Shown here piece by piece: positions 1-8,712 of a DNA stretch of 64,000 bases. How positions within the stretch are numbered: the stretch's first letter is position 1; each line of letters starts with the position of its first letter. The DNA lies in assembly GCA_050298595.1 (NCBI GenBank), contig JBNKUM010000115.1, forward strand, positions 64,001 through 128,000, given 5' to 3'. The notes beneath the pieces are model-generated. The model was not told where the DNA came from. It saw only the letters and a program-made list of their open reading frames with translations, and did not search any database. Origin of the DNA: Gammaproteobacteria bacterium (GTDB lineage Bacteria; Pseudomonadota; Gammaproteobacteria; GCA-001735895). A program made the position numbers and the translations under genes.

Positions 1-83
1 ATAAAGAGCGCGAAAAACTGGCCGAGAATGAATCCGCTCTGGCCAGCCTGCAGGCTCAGGCCGATAAGATAAAGGCACTATAA
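1..83 (+). CDS. valS: Valine--tRNA ligase, C-terminal end (partial, runs off window start)
   Basis: Frame 3 reads KEREKLAENESALASLQAQADKIKAL* (TAA 81-83), resembling the coiled-coil C-terminus of ValS (E. coli ...KEREKL...VIAAL). Confidence 0.8.
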   Translation, partial: KEREKLAENESALASLQAQADKIKAL

Positions 84-86
84 ACA

Positions 87-632
87 ATGCTAGATCGCGA
101 ACAACAGATTATTCAATCCCATGCTGGGGTTATCGTGCAGGTAGTGCAATGCATAGGCAACCCGCAATTGCAGCCGCAGGTAGAAGAAATTCTCAAGGTC
201 AGCGAGCAGAATGGCTGGAATGATCTGGTCGCGGTCATTCGACGCATTATAAAAGGAGAGCGTGACATGAGCCTGTTGAATGGCCTGGACGAAGAGGATA
301 GCACCATAGCAGCTGCTATCCTTCAGGGCATTCAAAACCCCGCCACCCTGCCCGACCCGAATAAACCCGCTGACGCCAGTATGGCTGCTCCAGGGATAGC
401 GCATATGGTCCATCAGGCAGCAACAGGAAACGCACAGGCATTACAGATCATCAGCCAGATGGCTGAACAAATGTCTCACGCTGGAGGGGATATGCAACAT
501 CTTAGCGCCATCATCCGCAAGATGATCAACGGTGAGCGCGATCCAAAGGTATTAGCCAAAGGCATGGGCGTTCAGGGCCGCCAGCTGGTCGATTCGATAC
601 TCGAAGAATTACACAAACTGTCTGCTCATTAA
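87..632 (+). CDS. Hypothetical helical protein with a two-fold internal repeat (IR.II.GERD motif)
   Basis: 181-aa ORF 3 nt after the valS stop, overlapping the next ATG. Repeats LVAVIRRIIKGERD and LSAIIRKMINGERD are joined via a Pro-rich linker. Confidence 0.75.
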   Translation: MLDREQQIIQSHAGVIVQVVQCIGNPQLQPQVEEILKVSEQNGWNDLVAVIRRIIKGERDMSLLNGLDEEDSTIAAAILQGIQNPATLPDPNKPADASMAAPGIAHMVHQAATGNAQALQIISQMAEQMSHAGGDMQHLSAIIRKMINGERDPKVLAKGMGVQGRQLVDSILEELHKLSAH

Positions 633-1618
633 TGAGTGACCATCCGTTTGAAAAACTTACTCCAGACTTCATCATGGATGCGATTGAAGCCCAGGGCTTT
701 CTGTGCGATGGTCGTTATCTAACGCTCAATAGTTACGAGAATCGCGTCTACCAGATAGGCATAGAGGATAGCGTCCCGCTGATCGCCAAGTTTTACCGTC
801 CCGAACGATGGACTCGTGAACAGATTCTGGAAGAACATGAATTCTGTTTTGAACTCGCTGAACAGGAACTGCCGGTAGTGCTGCCTATGCGTAATCAGCA
901 GCATAACTCTTTGCTACATTATGAGGGCTTTGACATAGCCCTGTTCGAACGCAAGGGTGGCCGTGCGCCAGAGCTGGATTACGAAGATAACCTGACTATT
1001 CTGGGTCGCCTACTGGCTCGCATACATGCAATAGGTGGCAGAGCCAAATATCAGTTACGCCCTACGATTGATATTCAAAGCTATGCGGTAGAGAGCATGC
1101 AGTTTATTCTGCAGAACTTTATACCTATGGAGCTTGAAACCGCCTACCGTACCTTATGCGATGATCTGATTCCTACCATGCAGCAAAGGCTTAAGGAAGC
1201 AGGCTCGGTAGCAAGCATCAGAGTGCATGGTGACTGTCATGCCGGTAATATGTTATGGCGTAATGATGCCCCACATTTTGTAGATTTTGACGACTCACGT
1301 ATGGCACCGGCGATTCAGGATATCTGGATGCTGCTGTCAGGCGATAGCGAACAGCAGGCGCAGCAAATACGCAAAATTCTCGATGGATATCATGAGTTTA
1401 ATGATTTCAACATTGCAGAATTGAAATTGATCGAGGTGTTTCGCACGCTGCGTATTATGTACTACAGCGCATGGCTCGCACGACGCTGGAATGACCCCGC
1501 CTTTCCGCATAGCTTTCCCTGGTTTAATACCTCACGTTACTGGGAACAACACATCCTCGAGTTACGTGAACAACTAGCCGCATTGCAACAACCCTCTATA
1601 CAACCGGCATATGAATGA
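632..1618 (+). CDS. srkA: Stress response Ser/Thr kinase SrkA (RdoA/YihE)
   Basis: Motifs LNSYENRVYQ, AKFYRPERW, HGDCHAGN, DFDD, PAIQDIWMLL, WLARRWNDPAFP. Confidence 0.93.
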   Translation: MSDHPFEKLTPDFIMDAIEAQGFLCDGRYLTLNSYENRVYQIGIEDSVPLIAKFYRPERWTREQILEEHEFCFELAEQELPVVLPMRNQQHNSLLHYEGFDIALFERKGGRAPELDYEDNLTILGRLLARIHAIGGRAKYQLRPTIDIQSYAVESMQFILQNFIPMELETAYRTLCDDLIPTMQQRLKEAGSVASIRVHGDCHAGNMLWRNDAPHFVDFDDSRMAPAIQDIWMLLSGDSEQQAQQIRKILDGYHEFNDFNIAELKLIEVFRTLRIMYYSAWLARRWNDPAFPHSFPWFNTSRYWEQHILELREQLAALQQPSIQPAYE

Positions 1619-1898
1619 GTGGTTTGTCTATATATTACGTTGTGCCGATGACAGCCTGTATACGGGCATCACGACAGAACTGGAAAGACGTATTGCAGAA
1701 CACAATGATAAAGACAAAAGGCTGGGGGCTCGTTATACCCGATCCCGCCGACCGGTAACTCTGATCTACCATGAAACCTTTGAATCACGTTCATTAGCCA
1801 GCAAACGTGAAGCTGAAATCAAACGGCTCACGCGTCAACAAAAACTATTACTGATAGCTAGTACAGTGTCCTCTAAATCCCCACCACAAGCTACTTAG
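1611..1898 (+). CDS. GIY-YIG nuclease family protein (YhbQ/UPF0213-like)
   Basis: WFVYILRCADDSLYTGITT...RRIAEHN...GARYTRSRRPV...ASKREAEIK. Confidence 0.9.
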   Translation: MNEWFVYILRCADDSLYTGITTELERRIAEHNDKDKRLGARYTRSRRPVTLIYHETFESRSLASKREAEIKRLTRQQKLLLIASTVSSKSPPQAT

Positions 1899-1980
1899 GT
1901 CAAAACAGGCTCTAATAACTATTGATATTGATAACCATTGTGTTATTAATGATGGAAAACTCGCTATAAGGAGAAGGATC

Positions 1981-2442
1981 ATGAAAATAATCGCCGCAAT
2001 CGATTTTTCCGATATCACGCCCCACATACTGGAACAGACCACTACTCTGGCAAAGGCCTTAAATGCCGAACTTTTTCTGATTCATGTTGCAGAGCCCAAC
2101 CCGGACCATATTGCATACGATTACGACCCGGCAACCGTTTACACCGTCGACTCAGCAGAAGTTCGAGACAGCATTGCAGCGCGCTTTCACCAGGAGCACA
2201 AAAACTTACAGGAGTATGCTAAAGACATGCGCGAGCAGGGCATAAATTGTACTGCCCTGATGATTCAGGGGATCACGGTTGAATTATTACTCAAGGAGGC
2301 AGTGCGATTAGAAGCAGACTTCATAGTTGCAGGTACCCATGGCAAAGGCTTGCTCAGCCAAATATTACTCGGCAGTATCAGTAAGCAACTGATTAAACAG
2401 ACGACTATTCCTATACATCTGGTACCAGCCAAAAAAGCCTGA
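1981..2442 (+). CDS. Universal stress protein (USP family)
   Basis: KIIAAIDFS N-terminus, ADFIVAGTHGKG..LLGSIS and C-terminal IPIHLVP; strong SD (AAGGAG/AAGGA) upstream. Confidence 0.9.
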   Translation: MKIIAAIDFSDITPHILEQTTTLAKALNAELFLIHVAEPNPDHIAYDYDPATVYTVDSAEVRDSIAARFHQEHKNLQEYAKDMREQGINCTALMIQGITVELLLKEAVRLEADFIVAGTHGKGLLSQILLGSISKQLIKQTTIPIHLVPAKKA

Positions 2443-2500
2443 CAGCTTCTCCCTGTCTTAATGTAAGACTAGATATGACTTCCAACCTGGTGACAGATCT

Positions 2501-2528
2501 GGAACTTATTGTTGAATGAGCGCTCAAA
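2501..2528 (+). promoter_or_regulatory. Putative sigmaE (RpoE/AlgU)-type ECF promoter of doxX
   Basis: GGAACTT (2501-2507), 16-nt spacer, TCAAA (2524-2528); matches the RpoE consensus GGAACTT-N16-TCAAA, about 40 nt upstream of the DoxX ATG. Confidence 0.65.
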
Positions 2529-2567
2529 TATGGTCAGTAAAATATTAAATAACCACTGGAGATAACT

Positions 2568-3011
2568 ATGGCCCTGACTTCGCTCATCACTGGACTCAAC
2601 CAGTTGCTCGCTCGTTTACAATCCCCCCTGTTACTTATATTCCGACTCTACGTATCCTATGTATTTTTCTTATCCGGGTATCAGAAGATCACTAACTGGG
2701 AAACAACCCTGACACTTTTTGAGTACGAATATGCAGTCCCCTTGCTGCCTTATCAGTTGGCGGCCTATATGGCTACAGCTGGTGAATTGTTACTACCTGT
2801 AGTCCTTACTCTGGGGTTTGGCACCAGACTGTTTGCTATAGCGCTTTCCGTATTAAATGTGATGGCGGTAGTCTCTTATTACGAAGCCCTGGCCAAGGTC
2901 GGACAGGTCACGCCACATATATTCTGGGGAGCCTGCCTGATGACAAATATTGCATTTGGTGCCGGATTTTTCTCAGTAGACCACTGGTTAAAATCAACAA
3001 ACAACAGATGA
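2568..3011 (+). CDS. DoxX family membrane protein
   Basis: LLIFRLYVSYVFFLSGYQKI...LFEYEYAVPLLP...ATAGELLLPVVLTLGFGTRLFA...GAGFFSVDHW. Confidence 0.88.
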   Translation: MALTSLITGLNQLLARLQSPLLLIFRLYVSYVFFLSGYQKITNWETTLTLFEYEYAVPLLPYQLAAYMATAGELLLPVVLTLGFGTRLFAIALSVLNVMAVVSYYEALAKVGQVTPHIFWGACLMTNIAFGAGFFSVDHWLKSTNNR

Positions 3012-3022
3012 CTTCAAGGCAC

Positions 3023-3050
3023 AAAAAAGGCTGGATGATCCAGCCTTTTT
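3023..3050. terminator. Bidirectional intrinsic terminator between convergent doxX and ODP genes
   Basis: AAAAAGGCTGGA-TGA-TCCAGCCTTTTT perfect inverted repeat with A/T tracts on both sides. Confidence 0.8.
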
Positions 3051-3112
3051 ATGACCCAGTTATCTGGAGCCTGATCTTAGTTGGTTAATCAGACCCAACC
3101 TGTATTCAGAAA

Positions 3113-3868
3113 TTAAGGAATCCTGTAATTATCCTGTGTAAAAAGATCGACACCGCATTGCAGGTTTTCAATATACTTTAAAAAATCCCCTATCGCTCTA
3201 CCGCGCATCATTCTTCCATGTTGTGGAACAATCATACTGATTTCAAGCTGGCGCACCATATTTACCCAGAATCGGCACACCTTGTTACTATTTAAATAGC
3301 GCTTATGAAAACCATCCATATACGGCATGATTTCAGAAAGCCTCTCTACAGGCTTATCAAGATCCGCTTCCGGACACAGGTTGGCACCCATGTCACCCGA
3401 AAATAGAATCTTACTGATAGGATCATAAAACTGAAAATTTCCTTCAGCATGCAGGAAATGAGCCGGCAAGGCTTTTAAAGTAAACGATCCTAGTTGCAGA
3501 TTCATTCCCTGATCAGGCATAGCGATGGTTCTACCGGTAATCTTACCTGGCCGAGTAAAATGAGGAATGAAACGTTCCCAGAGCTGGGGAACCACTACTT
3601 TGGCATCCGTACCAATCAACCATTTATTCAATGAAGCAACAATATCGGGATCCTGATGGGATGCAATGACGTAATCCAGACTTTTTACGTTCATATACTC
3701 GCTTATCGCCATAAATAAGCGGGTATAGGTTAATTCACCACCAGGATCTATCAGCGCCGCATGATGATGATCAAACACCAGAAACTGGTTAGCCTGAACA
3801 GCTTCACCGCCAGTTACCAGATCACGGAAGGCGAGGCAGACATGCTCTCCATTATTGAATAATTCCAT
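3113..3868 (-). CDS. Metallo-beta-lactamase-fold oxygen-binding di-iron protein (ODP family; stand-alone flavodiiron-like N-domain)
   Basis: VQANQFLV, LIDPGG, ASHQDPD, AHFLHAEGNFQFYDPISKILFSGD, MIVPQHG; 251 aa with no flavodoxin domain. Confidence 0.8.
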   Translation of the reverse strand: MELFNNGEHVCLAFRDLVTGGEAVQANQFLVFDHHHAALIDPGGELTYTRLFMAISEYMNVKSLDYVIASHQDPDIVASLNKWLIGTDAKVVVPQLWERFIPHFTRPGKITGRTIAMPDQGMNLQLGSFTLKALPAHFLHAEGNFQFYDPISKILFSGDMGANLCPEADLDKPVERLSEIMPYMDGFHKRYLNSNKVCRFWVNMVRQLEISMIVPQHGRMMRGRAIGDFLKYIENLQCGVDLFTQDNYRIP

Positions 3869-4008
3869 CAGATACCTCTGGATAGTGATTTAAAGTGTAT
3901 ATAAATCGTGTTAAATGTATGATTACTTCCCAGTCGTTATTATAAACAAAAATCAGCTGGGGTGTAGTCAGCAATAGTGATAACTTTCTCATATACATAT
4001 CCTTAAGC

Positions 4009-4022
4009 TTGATAATGGTCAA
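4009..4022. promoter_or_regulatory. FNR/Anr/Dnr-like box in the divergent ODP/cytochrome intergenic region
   Basis: TTGATAATGGTCAA versus consensus TTGAT-N4-ATCAA (one mismatch). Confidence 0.5.
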
Positions 4023-4082
4023 ATAGATGAATCAAAAGACGAATGACTCTATACTGGAATGCACAAAATGAGAACAAATTGT

Positions 4083-4526
4083 ATGCAACTGCACACCTTA
4101 TTCAAACTAATGACTGTCGCCTCGATTGTACATTTAAGCGCCTGTAACGGCTTTTTTGAAGGGGTGAGAAGTGTTACCTACCCGCCTGATTTTAATTATA
4201 TTTCACAACAAAAGCTGACCGATACTATGCAGCAGTTTGCACTGTATAGCACCCTGCTGGACAATAATCTAAAAGGTCCATCGACTATTACCGAAGAACA
4301 ACGTCAGTCCTCCATCAGCATACTGCGCAAAATGGAGACTTTAAGTCTAAAACTTGGCACTGAAACGCTCAGTTCCAATCATGACATTGTTTCCTTTAAT
4401 ATCGACCAGTTTAGACAAAATATTCAGGATGCCCGTACAGGCCTGATGCAAAATCCACCCAACTACTATCGGGCAGGTGCAGTCTCAGCCTATTGTCTTA
4501 ATTGTCACTCAACCACTAACCAATAA
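4083..4526 (+). CDS. Putative lipoprotein monoheme c-type cytochrome (class II, four-helix-bundle-like)
   Basis: Lipobox IVHLSA-C; a single CxxCH (CLNCH) five residues from the C-terminus; helical pattern. ORF track starts at 4059, but ATG 4083 fits a signal peptide better. Confidence 0.7.
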   Translation: MQLHTLFKLMTVASIVHLSACNGFFEGVRSVTYPPDFNYISQQKLTDTMQQFALYSTLLDNNLKGPSTITEEQRQSSISILRKMETLSLKLGTETLSSNHDIVSFNIDQFRQNIQDARTGLMQNPPNYYRAGAVSAYCLNCHSTTNQ

Positions 4527-4617
4527 AATCATTCATAACAGCTCCGCTCCCACTCTGCCCCACTAAGCCGAAAATATTCCCTGAAACTACTATGGGATAT
4601 GCTCTCATATACATTAG

Positions 4618-4636
4618 CTGCGTCAATTAGACGCAG
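4618..4636. promoter_or_regulatory. Perfect inverted repeat upstream of glgC (possible operator)
   Basis: CTGCGTC-AATTA-GACGCAG in AT-rich intergenic DNA about 130 nt before the glgC ATG. Confidence 0.35.
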
Positions 4637-4765
4637 ATTCAAAAAATAATGATCTAGAACAATGAAATTTTATTGAGCGTATACTACTTTTTAAAAGATA
4701 GTGGAAAATTATAAAAGTGTCGTAGTATCTGTTCATAATCCAGATGACCAAACTGGAGAAAGATA

Positions 4766-6034
4766 ATGCCAACTGACAACTCACTCAGATATATCAGCAA
4801 TCTAACCCGTAATACTCTGGCCCTGATTATGGCTGGAGGACGAGGATCCAGACTTAAGGATCTCACTGCCTGGAGGGCAAAACCCGCTGTACCTTTCGGT
4901 GGTAAATTCCGAATTATTGATTTTCCTTTATCTAATTGTGTCAATTCGGGTATCCGAAGGATTGGTGTTTTAACACAGTATAAGGCTCATTCATTGTTAC
5001 AACATATTCAGCGTGGTTGGGGCATGTTTCGTGGTGAATTCGGGGAATTTGTAGAGTTATTACCTGCTCAACAACGCCTAGAAGAAAGTTGGTATATAGG
5101 CACTGCTGATGCTATCTATCAAAATATGGATATCATTAGAACCCATAACCCACGATTCGTTTTAGTTCTTGCTGGTGATCATATCTATAAAATGGATTAT
5201 GGTGCCATGTTGGCACATCATCTCGAAACAGAAGCAAATGTCTCGGTTGGCTGTATCGAAGTGCCCGTTAAAAAGGCACATGAGTTCGGCGTGATGGAAG
5301 TTGACGAACATCATCGCATTATTGACTTTGTAGAAAAACCCGAAAAACCACCGACCATGCCGGGCAAGCACCAAAGCTCTCTGTGCTCAATGGGCATTTA
5401 TGTGTTTAGCACAGAATACCTCTTCAAGCTTTTGATCGAAGATCATGAAAATAAGAACTCCAGCCACGATTTCGGCAAGGACATCATTCCTACAGCGATA
5501 AGAAAGCATTCTGTATATGCCTATCCATTCCAGGAACCTAAAACTGGCAAACAATGTTATTGGAGGGATGTGGGTACAGTCGATGCTTTCTGGGAGGCCA
5601 ACCTGGAATTGATAGGCATCACACCAGAACTCAATCTGTATGATAAGGCCTGGCCAATCTGGACTTATCAAGAGCAACTACCTCCGGCAAAATTCATCTT
5701 TGACGATGATGACAGGCGCGGCTTAGCAATAGATTCACTGGTATCGGGAGGCTGTATTATTTCAGGCTCCGCTATCCGCAATTCACTATTATTCTCGAAT
5801 GTTTATGTGGACAACTTTAGCGAGGTACAATCAACCGTTATATTGCCTGAGGTCCATGTAGGTAAAAACTGTAAGATACGACGTACCATTCTTGATCGCG
5901 GCTGTAAAATTCCCGACGGTATGCATATCGGGCATGATCTGGAACAGGATAAAAAACGCTTCTATGTCTCACCTAATGGTATCGTTCTGGTGACAGCTGA
6001 AATGTTGGGCTACAGCTTACATCATGTCGCATAA
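4766..6034 (+). CDS. glgC: Glucose-1-phosphate adenylyltransferase
   Basis: [74 protein letters not shown]. Confidence 0.97.
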   Translation: MPTDNSLRYISNLTRNTLALIMAGGRGSRLKDLTAWRAKPAVPFGGKFRIIDFPLSNCVNSGIRRIGVLTQYKAHSLLQHIQRGWGMFRGEFGEFVELLPAQQRLEESWYIGTADAIYQNMDIIRTHNPRFVLVLAGDHIYKMDYGAMLAHHLETEANVSVGCIEVPVKKAHEFGVMEVDEHHRIIDFVEKPEKPPTMPGKHQSSLCSMGIYVFSTEYLFKLLIEDHENKNSSHDFGKDIIPTAIRKHSVYAYPFQEPKTGKQCYWRDVGTVDAFWEANLELIGITPELNLYDKAWPIWTYQEQLPPAKFIFDDDDRRGLAIDSLVSGGCIISGSAIRNSLLFSNVYVDNFSEVQSTVILPEVHVGKNCKIRRTILDRGCKIPDGMHIGHDLEQDKKRFYVSPNGIVLVTAEMLGYSLHHVA

Positions 6035-6161
6035 GCGCCGATATTTCCCCTGTGAGTACTGAACTCGAAAAATAAATTCAACAATAGTTCAATTCCCTGC
6101 TGCTATCTGCATCATTTTATGGTGTTATATAACCAGAATTTTATATGTGCAGACTCGGATA

Positions 6162-7649
6162 ATGAATTCACTGAAAAACTCTATTTTTGACCGACGTAGT
6201 GCCGGTATTTTACTACACCCTACTTCTTTGCCTGGAAAACAGTGGCAGGGTGATATCGGGCAATCCGCTCGTGACTTTATCAACTTTATGGCTGACGCAG
6301 GACTCACCGTGTGGCAGATGCTTCCTCTGGGGCCCACCCATATTGATCGTTCACCTTATCAATGTTTATCCACCCATGCAGGAAACCCTCAACTGATAAA
6401 TTTAGACTGGCTAATGCAGCATGGATGGCTAGACCAGACAGATATTGAGCAACACCAGAAAGATACGTCATTAATCCCGGTACTGGAAAAGGCCAGTGTC
6501 AATTTTTATCACGATGCCGACCAGCATTGGCAACAAAAACAACAGACATTTATTCAGCAATCTTCATCCTGGCTGCCTGATTTTGCACTTTACCAGTCGC
6601 TTAAACTCTCGCTGCAAAACCTGTCATGGGAATACTGGCCAGCAGATTATCGAGATCGTAATCCAGAGGCATTAACTAAAGCACGCAAAAAGTACGCTGA
6701 ATGCATAAAAACTCTTGAATTCGTTCAATTTGTGTTTTTCGAACAATGGCACGAATTACGCGATTACGCCAGACAACGCGGTATAAAACTGTTTGGTGAC
6801 ATGCCAATATATGTTTCTATGGACAGTGCTGATGTCTGGGCACAACGTGAAAACTTCCAGATCAACGAAAAGGGATTCTGCACTTATGTAGCCGGAGTCC
6901 CTCCTGATGCCTTCAGCGCCGATGGTCAGCTTTGGGCCAATCCTCTGTATAACTGGACAGCTATGCAGGAAGATGACTTCAGTTGGTGGGTAAATCGTTT
7001 TCAAACCCAACTGGAGCTGTTTGATTATATTCGATTTGATCATTTCCGTGGTCTGGAAGCCTGCTGGCAAATCCCCGCAGAAGCAGAAACAGCTGCCAAA
7101 GGTGCCTGGGTAAAATCACCCGGTGAGGCGTTACTCAACAAGCTGCACGATCATTTCGACTCCCTGCCATTAATCGCCGAAGATCTGGGGGTGATTACTC
7201 AGCAAGTTATCGCACTGAGAGATCAATTTAATTTACCCGGTATGTCTGTATTACAATTTGCATTTGATGGGGCCAGCGATAATTTTTATCTGCCGCACAA
7301 CCAGCAAAGGAATAGCGTGGTTTACACCGGCACTCATGACAATAATACCTCTCTGGGCTGGTACCAGGAAATGCCTGAACATTCAAAACATCAACTACAT
7401 GCATATATTGGCGTTGCTTACGACCATCCACTAGACATGCCCTGGGTATTGAATCGAATGGCACTGGCATCCGTAGCAGATCTCGCCATCATACCTATGC
7501 AGGACTTATTATCTCTTGATTCGACGCATCGTATGAATACACCCGGCACCACGATCGGCAACTGGGAATGGCGCTTCGACTGGAATCAGGTGTGGCCGAG
7601 TCTGGCCAATGACCTGAAGCAGTTAATCCAGCTTTTTGGACGGCTATAG
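6162..7649 (+). CDS. malQ: 4-alpha-glucanotransferase (amylomaltase, GH77)
   Basis: RRSAGILLHPTSLPG, WQMLPLGPT, GDMPIYV, RFDHFRG, IAEDLG, YTGTHDNNT, RMNTPGT..GNWEWR. Start 6162 (ATG) preferred over GTG 6147. Confidence 0.96.
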   Translation: MNSLKNSIFDRRSAGILLHPTSLPGKQWQGDIGQSARDFINFMADAGLTVWQMLPLGPTHIDRSPYQCLSTHAGNPQLINLDWLMQHGWLDQTDIEQHQKDTSLIPVLEKASVNFYHDADQHWQQKQQTFIQQSSSWLPDFALYQSLKLSLQNLSWEYWPADYRDRNPEALTKARKKYAECIKTLEFVQFVFFEQWHELRDYARQRGIKLFGDMPIYVSMDSADVWAQRENFQINEKGFCTYVAGVPPDAFSADGQLWANPLYNWTAMQEDDFSWWVNRFQTQLELFDYIRFDHFRGLEACWQIPAEAETAAKGAWVKSPGEALLNKLHDHFDSLPLIAEDLGVITQQVIALRDQFNLPGMSVLQFAFDGASDNFYLPHNQQRNSVVYTGTHDNNTSLGWYQEMPEHSKHQLHAYIGVAYDHPLDMPWVLNRMALASVADLAIIPMQDLLSLDSTHRMNTPGTTIGNWEWRFDWNQVWPSLANDLKQLIQLFGRL

Positions 7650-7679
7650 CAACTGTCCTTTGCAGAGGATGCCAATAGC

Positions 7680-8342
7680 ATGCATGCATACGATACTCTT
7701 ACTGCAGAATTAAAACACGCAGCATCTCAGACAGGAAATGCTAGTCAGCTCTGGATTGGGCTTGCCGGCGCACCCGGAAGTGGCAAGAGCACACTGGCAC
7801 AGGCTTTAAAAACCTCGCTAGGTGATTTACTGGTCGTCATACCCATGGATGGATATCACTATTATCGCAGTGAATTAGACAAAATGGACGACCCGCTAGA
7901 AGCTCACCTGCGCCGGGGGGCACCATTTACCTTCAATGCTACCAGGTTTGTAGATGACCTGATAAAAGCCAGAGTTACTGGCAAAGGGACTTTTCCTGGT
8001 TTCGACCACGGCGTAGGCGATCCTGTTGAAAATGAGATAACACTATCCAGCTTCCATAAGATCGTTCTGGTTGAAGGAAACTATCTACTACTGGATACAG
8101 ATCCCTGGTGCCAACTGCGCGAAAAGGTATTCGATCAGACCTGGTATCTGGATGTTCCGTTGCAGGAATGTATTCTACGGCTGTGCAAAAGACATGTAGA
8201 GGTAGGCTATACTGAAGAACAGGCCCTGCAAAGGGTGGCTAGCAATGATGGCATAAACGCAGAACTTATCAGCAGTGTGTCCCCAAAAAATGCTGATAAG
8301 ATTATTCGTTTCACCGATTATCACAACATTTCATATCGATAA
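7680..8342 (+). CDS. P-loop kinase, uridine/pantothenate kinase superfamily (YggC/FrcK-like)
   Basis: IGLAGAPGSGKSTLA, IPMDGYHY, RRGAPFTFN, PGFDHGVGDPVE, IVLVEGNYLLL. Confidence 0.8.
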   Translation: MHAYDTLTAELKHAASQTGNASQLWIGLAGAPGSGKSTLAQALKTSLGDLLVVIPMDGYHYYRSELDKMDDPLEAHLRRGAPFTFNATRFVDDLIKARVTGKGTFPGFDHGVGDPVENEITLSSFHKIVLVEGNYLLLDTDPWCQLREKVFDQTWYLDVPLQECILRLCKRHVEVGYTEEQALQRVASNDGINAELISSVSPKNADKIIRFTDYHNISYR

Positions 8343-8712
8343 AACAATCAATAGACTTTTACATCATCAATTTATTTTGCTCAAACTAAACCCGACAGAC
8401 TCCCAGGGGTATTGGTTATTTTGGTGATAATGAATTAACAATGTCGATCATTTCATACAGATCTTTCTCGTCAATGATTTAAAAATCATCAAAGGTCTTC
8501 AGGTTCGGTTTGTACCGTGCCAGTATTTCATTGATTTTTCCAAATCCTGACTGGATTGTGATTTCACTCAGGGTCATATTTTAGCCAGCTGATTAAAGCC
8601 TATGATTCAACTCAGCTACTAAAACAATCTTTACCCGATTCTAGACACAAAATAATAACCTTGAAAATCTCATCAACAACATCTCAGACCACGCAGCATA
8701 AAACCTGCCTCC

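Noticed and set aside
1611-1898. GIY-YIG protein as a possible homing endonuclease or mobile element
   Set aside because: It is the small stand-alone UPF0213 type, with no intron, terminal repeats or DNA-binding extension.
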